64,000 nucleotides of DNA, taken from positions 78,499-142,498 of the forward strand of contig CABMGO010000006.1 of the NCBI GenBank assembly GCA_902385655.1. The letters run 5' to 3'. Below are positions 44,546 to 54,928 of this stretch, in pieces. Made by a program: the position numbers and the translations under genes. The notes below the pieces were generated by a model, which was not told the DNA's origin, ran no database searches, and worked only from the letters and a program-made list of their open reading frames with translations. The stretch's first letter is position 1. The number at the start of each line of letters is the position of its first letter. Origin of the DNA: an uncultured archaeon (GTDB lineage Archaea; Nanobdellota; Nanobdellia; Pacearchaeales; GW2011-AR1).

Positions 44546-45673
44546 ATGCTATCTTCACAAATTCACAAAAGGATAAATTTCAATTTTGAAGGACAAAAAC
44601 TAATTTTTGATACTTCTCGAATTTTATTCAGTTCAGCACAAGTAGATGAAGGAACAAAAGAACTTCTAAACTCTTTAAGAAAAAATAAAGAAATCAATCC
44701 AAAAAAAATTCTTGATCTTGGTTGCGGTTATGGAGTTATCGGAATTTTTTTAAAAAAACTATTTCCCGATTCAGAGGTCTTATGTGCTGATCGAGACTCC
44801 TTAGCTGTAGAACTTACCAAACACAATGCAAAACTTAACGATGCTAAAATTAAGGCTATTTCTTCTTTAGATTTTCAGCAAATAGATGAAAAACTTGATT
44901 TTATAGCATGTAATTTTCCAGCGAAGCTCGAAGCAAATGGACTAAAGTCTTTTATTTCTCAATCTTCAAATCATTTGAACAAAAAAGGAGTTCTTGCAAT
45001 AGTTGTAGTAAAAGAACTTTCAGAAGATCTTGAAAAGATTATTTCAGAGTTCAATTTAGAAAAAGAAAAAATAAAAATCTCTTTCAAAGAAAAAAAATCA
45101 AGCTATTCCATTTTTCATATTTCTTTTTCACAAGAATTAGAAATCTCAGAAGATTCTTACTCTTTAGAAGACAATTCCATTCAGCTTGGAAAAAAAGTTT
45201 ATTCAATTAAGACGACAAAAGCTCTTCAAGAGTTTGATAGTTTACACTTTAACACAGAATTAATCTTGGACTTTCTACAAGGTCTAACTTTTGAAAATGT
45301 CGCTATAATTGATCCTGGCCAGGGTTTTTCTGCCATTGCATCAACGAATAGAAACTCTTTGGAAAAACTAACCTTAGTTTCAAGAGATTTGCTTCAGTTA
45401 AAAATTTCTTCCGATAATTTAAAGTTAAACAAAATAAACAATGTCGAAATAATTAATCAAGATCTCTACGAAGGCAAATCAGATCTATTAATCTGGTCGG
45501 TTCACGACGAAAACGACACTGAAATAATTGAAAAAATAAAAGTTTATCGAATGAATAATCGAAATATTTTACTCGCGGGGAGAAAAGTCAATCTTCAAAG
45601 AATTCTTAAAAGATTAAACATCAAAATAAAACAGCAATCCGAAAAAGGAAAATACCTTTGCGTTTTGATTTGA
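44546..45673 (+). CDS. class I SAM-dependent methyltransferase (RsmC/RlmG-like, with an extra C-terminal domain)
   Basis: FSSAQVDEGTKELL, ILDLGCGYGVIG and ACNFPAK. Confidence 0.55.
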   Translation: MLSSQIHKRINFNFEGQKLIFDTSRILFSSAQVDEGTKELLNSLRKNKEINPKKILDLGCGYGVIGIFLKKLFPDSEVLCADRDSLAVELTKHNAKLNDAKIKAISSLDFQQIDEKLDFIACNFPAKLEANGLKSFISQSSNHLNKKGVLAIVVVKELSEDLEKIISEFNLEKEKIKISFKEKKSSYSIFHISFSQELEISEDSYSLEDNSIQLGKKVYSIKTTKALQEFDSLHFNTELILDFLQGLTFENVAIIDPGQGFSAIASTNRNSLEKLTLVSRDLLQLKISSDNLKLNKINNVEIINQDLYEGKSDLLIWSVHDENDTEIIEKIKVYRMNNRNILLAGRKVNLQRILKRLNIKIKQQSEKGKYLCVLI

Positions 45674-45699
45674 CGTCGGTAAATTATCTTGTTAAAAAA

Positions 45700-45720
45700 C
45701 CAAACGTTTATAAAGCGCCT
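45700..45720 (+). promoter_or_regulatory. candidate rRNA operon promoter (BRE/TATA)
   Basis: CCAAACGTTTATAAAGCGCC. The TATA form is the one seen before many genes here. Confidence 0.5.
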
Positions 45721-45786
45721 TTTTATCCTCTATTTTATCAATATGATAACTTTGGACAAAAAATCCAAAGCTTCAATAAATTTCAT

Positions 45787-45838
45787 TGAAGCTAGAATGA
45801 GTACTTTATCATCGCATAGAGTATGATGTAAGGCCATT
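45787..45838 (+). other. 16S processing-stem 5' strand
   Basis: TGAAGCTAG..TAAGGCCATT is complementary to AATGGCCTTACTAGCTTCA at 47512-47530. A ~33-nt extra hairpin is bulged from the 5' strand. Confidence 0.7.
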
Positions 45839-46021
45839 TTTAGTTACGTCAATTCTTTTATATTAATACAAACTTTTACGAGTGAAAAAAGTTTTTGTAA
45901 ACTGAAAATGTTTTAAGAGCAATTTTCAGATAGGATAGATCTTGTTTATTCGATATGATTATGATTAATTTTCCTTTCTTATATCGAAGCTGATAATTTG
46001 TAATATTACAATATTAGTTTA

Positions 46022-47463
<1,442 letters not shown>

Positions 47464-47511
47464 AAATTTAAAAAAATTTTAAATTAAATCTTGAAGAATT
47501 ATGTTTTTAGG

Positions 47512-47530
47512 AATGGCCTTACTAGCTTCA
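47512..47530 (+). other. 16S processing-stem 3' strand
   Basis: Complement of 45787-45795 plus 45829-45838. Confidence 0.7.
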
Positions 47531-47610
47531 TTGTATATTTATTTCGTCGATGAAGAAATATCATCGATTAAAAATTCCTGTGCAAGAGGAAGACTCGGCA
47601 CAGAAAAACT

Positions 47611-47681
47611 GGGCCTGTAGTCTAGTAGTAAAATACCTCCCTTGCACGGAGGGGTCTCGGGTGCGATTCCCGACAGGTCCA
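47611..47681 (+). tRNA. tRNA-Ala(UGC) in the 16S-23S spacer
   Basis: Acceptor GGGCCTG/CAGGTCC with G3:U70, anticodon stem CCTCC/GGAGG, loop CTTGCAC, and T arm CTCGG-GTGCGATT-CCCGA region. The D arm is AT-rich and weak. Confidence 0.85.
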
Positions 47682-47797
47682 TTTTGCTACGTCGGGAGAG
47701 CACATGCGATTCCGAAAAATTCGCTTCGAGCAAAAACAAAAGTAAAACAAAATTTACTTTTTTGCGAGATGCAAATTTTGAGCAGACAGGTCCATTT
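47682..47797 (+). repeat. tRNA-trailer cassette (family 1) downstream of tRNA-Ala, ending in a 13-nt re-copy of the tRNA 3' end
   Basis: GACAGGTCCATTT at 47672-47684 recurs at 47785-47797. It has the T-arm-like hairpin TCGGGA..TTCCGA containing TGCGATTCC, then the core TTCGCTTCGAGCAAAAA..TTTTTTGCGAGATGCAAATTTTGAGCAG. Confidence 0.9.
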
Positions 47798-47839
47798 CCG
47801 ACGAGAAATGGAAAATCACAAATCACACTCACTAAAAAA

Positions 47840-47918
47840 ATTTCGCTTCGAGCGGAACAAGATAACTAAAAATTATCTTCCGCGAAATGCAAAATTTTTT
47901 CTAAAATGAGAGAGCAAG
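47840..47918 (+). repeat. family 1 core, solo copy in the ITS
   Basis: ATTTCGCTTCGAGCGGAAC..TCTTCCGCGAAATGCAAAATTTTTTC, followed by the hairpin AGAGCA-AGAAA-TGCTCT. Confidence 0.8.
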
Positions 47919-48032
47919 AAATGCTCTTTAAAAAATAACGTCAAACCATGAAGTTCGTGACGATGCGTTGCGGATGGAGTTCGAGAACACAGTAAAGTTA
48001 GATTCACACGAATCTAATATCATGTTCAATGA

Positions 48033-48054
48033 AGACAGTACAATATAGATTAGT
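48033..48054 (+). other. 23S processing-stem 5' strand
   Basis: AGACAGTACAATATAGATTAGT is the exact reverse complement of 51002-51023. Confidence 0.85.
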
Positions 48055-48073
48055 CTGATAATAACAATAAAAA

Positions 48074-48093
48074 TTTTGCGAATGCAAAATTTG
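48074..48093 (+). repeat. family 1 partial copy (right block only)
   Basis: TTTTGCGAATGCAAAATTTG. Confidence 0.5.
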
Positions 48094-48184
48094 TTTATAA
48101 GAAATTATCGTTTCCCACACATATAGTGTGTGGAGGAAGAAGAAAGAAGATTAAGATCTGTTTTATTTTTATAATAAAACAACT

Positions 48185-50985
<2,801 letters not shown>

Positions 50986-51001
50986 TTAAACTTCAATCTT
51001 C

Positions 51002-51023
51002 ACTAATCTATATTGTACTGTCT
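51002..51023 (+). other. 23S processing-stem 3' strand
   Basis: ACTAATCTATATTGTACTGTCT is the complement of 48033-48054. Confidence 0.85.
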
Positions 51024-51266
51024 TTATCTTGAATTATGAAAGATATTGTTGTATTGTGTTTACAACTTTATCTTGAATTTTTAAAAAATATTTTAATTTT
51101 TTTGAGATTTTATCTTGAAGCATAAAGTATTATGTTTCAATTTATTGAAACTTTTATTTGATCTAAAAATTCTTTAAATCTTAATACATACCTTTTTAAA
51201 GCGATTTATTTTGATTTATTTGTCATAGAAATTAGATTTCTAGTTTTTTATGCAAGGAGAAATAAA

Positions 51267-51620
51267 ATGAACGAATTTGGACAAGACGGAGAAGATTCTG
51301 GTCGATCTCAAGGCGGATTCCGAAGAAGTGGCGGCTTCAATAGAGGCGGTTCACGAGGCGGTTTTGGCGGCGGTAGAGGCGGCGGATTTAGACGTGGTGG
51401 TGGATTCAACCGTGGCGGTTTTGGCGGCGGTAGAGGCGGAGGCTTCAATAGGGGCGGCGGCAATTTCAGAAGAAGGTTCAATGATGGACCTCGAGAAATG
51501 CATCCAGCAAAATGTTCTGAATGTGGTAAGGACTGTGAAGTTCCTTTCAAACCAACAGAAGGAAAACCAGTTTATTGCAAAGAGTGTTTTACAAAGAGAA
51601 GACAAACTGAAATACAATAA
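51267..51620 (+). CDS. RGG/FGG-repeat protein with a C-terminal CxxC-x17-CxxC zinc ribbon
   Basis: GGFRRSGGFNRGGSRGGFGGGRGGGFRRGGGFNRGG repeats, then CSECGKDCEVPFKPTEGKPVYCKEC. Other frames across the repeat are artefacts. Confidence 0.75.
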   Translation: MNEFGQDGEDSGRSQGGFRRSGGFNRGGSRGGFGGGRGGGFRRGGGFNRGGFGGGRGGGFNRGGGNFRRRFNDGPREMHPAKCSECGKDCEVPFKPTEGKPVYCKECFTKRRQTEIQ

Positions 51621-51750
51621 GCATAACTAGGAAACTAGAATTATTATTTTTTTAATTTTTACAAAATAATCTCTAACGCTGATAAGGTGCGGAATGAGAT
51701 TTAAATACAAAAAAAACTTTATATTAAATATGGACAGGAGGATATAAAAC

Positions 51751-52047
51751 ATGAGCAAGAAATTATTCGTCGGAAATTTGTCTTTCAAGGCAGAAGAATC
51801 CGCAATTAAGGAAGCATTTGGCCAATTTGGTGAAGTTACTGAAGTAGCTATCATCAAGGACAAATATTCTGGAAGATCAAAAGGTTTCGGTTTCGTAACT
51901 TTTGCAGATGATGCTGCAGCTGATAAAGCTATAGCAGAAATGCATGAGAAGGAATTCGAAGGCAGAAAGCTTACAGTTAATGAAGCTAAGCCAATGGAAC
52001 CAAGATCTGAAAGACCACAAAGATCTTTCAACAGAAATAGCTATTAA
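51751..52047 (+). CDS. RRM-domain RNA-binding protein
   Basis: RNP-2 LFVGNL and RNP-1 KGFGFVTF, in a 98-aa protein. Confidence 0.88.
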   Translation: MSKKLFVGNLSFKAEESAIKEAFGQFGEVTEVAIIKDKYSGRSKGFGFVTFADDAAADKAIAEMHEKEFEGRKLTVNEAKPMEPRSERPQRSFNRNSY

Positions 52048-52117
52048 TTTAGCTAAATCAAATTTATTATTTTTTTATTTATTATTTAATTCTTTTTGAA
52101 ATTTTTTAAAAAAATTA

Positions 52118-52448
52118 ACCGGGACATAGGCCACTTTCTGTCGGAATTTGGTCTTATTCAAACATTCCGTGTCAACATCAAACTAAGCCTTGGTAATGAA
52201 AAAATCATCTCAACATTTCTGTCTTTGACAACTTCTTCTCAAGTTGCATCAATCAGGGTGATCGTTTCATCGTAATTTAATACGCTCGTCTCTGTATCAG
52301 AGCCCTCGCCTCACGACGGCCGTCTTTCGACGATGATTTTGTCTTTACGAAATCAATCGCAAAGGATGTGCGGACCTTCCTCAGAAACTAGAAATCATTT
52401 TACATTTCTCTGGCTTCTAACCAAGTTTCCGAAATTGACTGTCCCGGT
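52118..52448 (-). ncRNA. rnpB: RNase P RNA
   Basis: The minus strand has a terminal helix ACCGGGACA/TGTCCCGGT, a CR-I-like GAGGAAGGTCCGCAC, and ACAGAAAGTGGCC near the 3' end. It is a relatively GC-rich island of about 330 nt. Confidence 0.85.
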
Positions 52449-52547
52449 ATAAAAATAGAGAAGAAACACGACTTAAAAATGTTTTGTTTTTGGAATTTTT
52501 TCAGCAAAACCAAGAGTTTAAAAATGATTTTTATATAAGATTTTTAT

Positions 52548-52619
52548 GGGTTCGTAGCTCATTGGGAGAGCGTCCGACTGAAGCTCGGTAGGTAGGGAGT
52601 TCGATTCTCCCCGAGCCCA
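52548..52619 (+). tRNA. tRNA-Phe(GAA)
   Basis: Acceptor GGGTTCG/CGAGCCC, D arm GCTC-ATTGGGA-GAGC, anticodon loop CTGAAGC, and T arm GGGAG-TTCGATT-CTCCC. The TATA box GTTTAAAAATG lies about 25 nt upstream. Confidence 0.9.
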
Positions 52620-52734
52620 TTTTCTTGAATCGAACGACCGTAGTAGGGAGCGAAAATTTTACACCGAGAAATTCTTATTTCATTTATTTAATTTAGAGAT
52701 GTGAAATTTGAGTAGATTCTCCCCGAGCCCATTT
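52620..52734 (+). repeat. tRNA-trailer cassette (family 1, divergent) downstream of tRNA-Phe, ending in a 20-nt re-copy of the tRNA 3' end
   Basis: GATTCTCCCCGAGCCCATTT at 52603-52622 recurs at 52715-52734. GAATCGAAC (52627-52635) is antisense to the T loop GTTCGATTC. Core: CACCGAGAAATT..AATTTAGAGATGTGAAATTTGAGTAG. Confidence 0.85.
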
Positions 52735-53393
52735 CATTTTCTGTTCAACTCATAAGAAATTGTATCGACTCTTTTTCCATCGAGAAATTTATCTCCCGGA
52801 ACAATTTTTGTTTTCACAAAATTAAATTTTTCAAGCAATTTTTGAGAAGCAATATTATCTATCAAAACTTTCGCAATTATCTTCTCTACCTTAAGTTCAT
52901 TAAAAGCGTATTCAATAACCTTGGGCACTATTTCCGAAACGTAACCTTTTCTTCTGTATTCCTTCCCAATCCAATAGCCTATTTTGACTTTTCCTCCTGC
53001 AGAGGCGTTCTGCAAGAATGTCGCCGAGAATTGTTTTGAAGTATGCAGGCGAGGGGAGGACACCTGAGGTTGGTGAGAATGCAGGACAGGTGTCGTTTCT
53101 CCCCTCTTCCAGTTATGCAAATCAAGCAAACCAATAACTTCTTTATTTTTTTTCAAAAAAATTGCAAACCTTATCAGTTCCTTATTAGTTTGATTTTCTA
53201 AAATAAGTTTCTCCGCCTCTTTTTTGTTTAGAGGGTATGGGAGATAGTATGTCAAATAACTTAACTCTTTTTCATTCCCATTTTTAACTAAATCATTGAC
53301 ATCTTTCAAAATTGGCTTTCTCAAAATAATTCTCTCACTAACTATCTCTGTTGGAAGAGTTTCTCTGAAATCTATTTTATTTTTTAGTTTCAT
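52734..53393 (-). CDS. GNAT family N-acetyltransferase (RimJ/RimL-like) carrying a 34-codon in-frame insertion of a family 2 repeat
   Basis: IGYWIGKEYRRKGY..IIAKVLIDNIASQKLLEKFNF is the GNAT core. The segment TPVLHSHQPQ..LQNASAGG is encoded by repeat 52992-53093. Confidence 0.8.
   Translation of the reverse strand: MKLKNKIDFRETLPTEIVSERIILRKPILKDVNDLVKNGNEKELSYLTYYLPYPLNKKEAEKLILENQTNKELIRFAIFLKKNKEVIGLLDLHNWKRGETTPVLHSHQPQVSSPRLHTSKQFSATFLQNASAGGKVKIGYWIGKEYRRKGYVSEIVPKVIEYAFNELKVEKIIAKVLIDNIASQKLLEKFNFVKTKIVPGDKFLDGKRVDTISYELNRK
52993..53093 (+). repeat. family 2 structured repeat, long form, divergent subfamily, inside the GNAT ORF
   Basis: CCTCCTGCAGAGGCGTTCTGCAAGAATGTCGCCGAGAATTG..ATGCAGGCGAGGGGAGG-ACACCTG..CAGGTGT. 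The second hairpin shows compensatory changes relative to ACACTTT/AAAGTGT. Confidence 0.8.
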
Positions 53394-53443
53394 ATATTTA
53401 TATTCTCAACAATATTTATAAACCTCCTTAAACTAATGATTTT

Positions 53444-54007
53444 ATGCAAAAAGGTGTCGGTAAAAAAGGAGCGATTGAATTATCTATCGGAACTATCGTA
53501 GTTGTCGTTCTCGCAATGTCTATGTTGATTTTAGGTTTAATGTTAATAAAGGGAATTTTCAGCACATCACAAACTGCTGTAAGTCAAATAGACACTCAAG
53601 TAAAAAATCAAATTTCCAAATTATTTGGAGAAGATAAAAAGTTAGTAGTTTATCCAGATACAAGGATAGTTGATGTTAGACAAGGTAAGATTGAAGGTTT
53701 TGCGATAGGAATAAAGAATCTCCAAGAAGGCACTACTTCCACTTCTAAATTCTCTTACGAAGTTGTAGTCGCAGATCCAGAAGTTAAATCCAAATGCGGA
53801 GTTACTGACAATGAGATTTTAAGTTTAATATCTACAGGAAGAACAGAAACAGAAATTCCTCTAGCTTCCGGAGAAGTTGCAGAACTTCCAGTATTCTTTA
53901 GTACGCAAGTTGGAGATCCTCAATGTAGTGTAAGATTCAGAATCAATGTTCAATTGAACGGCCAAGCGTATGCTTCTGAGATAATGGATGTAAATTTCAA
54001 GGCGTGA
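53444..54007 (+). CDS. type IV pilin-like (class III signal peptide) secreted protein
   Basis: The N-terminus MQKGVGKKGAIELSIGTIVVVVLAMSMLIL resembles archaeal prepilin signals. Confidence 0.55.
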   Translation: MQKGVGKKGAIELSIGTIVVVVLAMSMLILGLMLIKGIFSTSQTAVSQIDTQVKNQISKLFGEDKKLVVYPDTRIVDVRQGKIEGFAIGIKNLQEGTTSTSKFSYEVVVADPEVKSKCGVTDNEILSLISTGRTETEIPLASGEVAELPVFFSTQVGDPQCSVRFRINVQLNGQAYASEIMDVNFKA

Positions 54008-54047
54008 TAATAGTTAAGTCTAAAAATACTTAGTCACTTTTTTTCAC

Positions 54048-54920
54048 ATGGTAAAAATTCTTGCAGTAGGCGATTTTCATGGGAAACTTTCTGAGAAATT
54101 ATTTAATAAGATAGCTAAAATCAAACCCGACTATATTCTTTCACCGGGAGATTTTTGTGGTAATGAGAAACTAGGTAAACTATTTTTCAAATATGTTTAT
54201 GGTAAATCAGAAGATGAAGTCCCTTACAAAATTAAAAAAGAAGTTGTCAAACTTGAGGGTCAAGCATTTAGGAGCGGAGTAGGTATGATTGAAACATTAA
54301 AACGTCTTAAAATTCCAACATTTGCAATCAGAGGAAACTGGGATCCAACCCCCCTTGGTCATGACTTAGTTGGTAAATTAAAAAGAGAAGAGTTAGTCGA
54401 GGTAAGAAAATTCGAAAGAGTTCAAAATAAGTTATTTACCTTCGTAGATCTATTTCAAAAAGAGTTTCCAGAGTTCATCTTAATTGGAGGAGCTTCTTCT
54501 ACTTCTCCTTCAGGATTAAAAATGGACTCTTTAGAAAGAAGGTTAGTGAAAAATGGCTTCAGTGAAGAAGAAGCAAAAGAGTATGTAATTAGCCTAAAAA
54601 AGAATTGGAAGTTTAGACAAAAGCTTTATGAGAAAATTTTTGAAAAAGCGATCTCAATTAAAAAAAGAACGGGGAAGAAAATAATTTTCCTTACTCATAA
54701 TGCTCCCTACAAAACTAGGCTAGATCTAATTAGGCATGGCCCACAAAAAGGTAAACACTACGGATCTTTCCAAGAGCAGCTTCTTATAAAAAAATATCAG
54801 CCAGACATTGTTATTTGTGGCCACATGCATGAAAACTTTGGAAAAGACAAAATCGGCAAATCAATAATTTATAATTCCGGAAGCGCCATGGACGGAAAGT
54901 TTATAACATTAAATATTTAA
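54048..54920 (+). CDS. metallophosphoesterase (calcineurin-like)
   Basis: ILAVGDFHG, GDF, RGNWD and GHMHENFG metal-binding motifs. Confidence 0.75.
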   Translation: MVKILAVGDFHGKLSEKLFNKIAKIKPDYILSPGDFCGNEKLGKLFFKYVYGKSEDEVPYKIKKEVVKLEGQAFRSGVGMIETLKRLKIPTFAIRGNWDPTPLGHDLVGKLKREELVEVRKFERVQNKLFTFVDLFQKEFPEFILIGGASSTSPSGLKMDSLERRLVKNGFSEEEAKEYVISLKKNWKFRQKLYEKIFEKAISIKKRTGKKIIFLTHNAPYKTRLDLIRHGPQKGKHYGSFQEQLLIKKYQPDIVICGHMHENFGKDKIGKSIIYNSGSAMDGKFITLNI

Positions 54921-54928
54921 CAACTTAT

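Noticed and set aside
47720-47785. The family 1 core as a hammerhead ribozyme, because the helix is followed by CGAAA in some copies.
   Set aside because: The 5' strand reads GCUUCGA rather than CUGANGA (the essential G5 and A6 are absent). Several copies have GAGAUG instead of GAAA, and no cleavage-site helix III could be drawn.
50986-51266. A 5S rRNA gene downstream of the 23S.
   Set aside because: The region is extremely AT-rich, with no GC-rich ~120-nt island and no helix I complementarity.
51277-51630. Alternative-frame and antisense ORFs across the RGG-repeat gene (51277-51630, 51308-51550, 51351-51617), and ORF 51627-52031 antisense to the RRM gene.
   Set aside because: The GGN/CGN repeat DNA is open in several frames. 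Only the 51267 frame ends in a coherent zinc ribbon. The RRM frame has canonical RNP motifs, whereas its antisense ORF has none.
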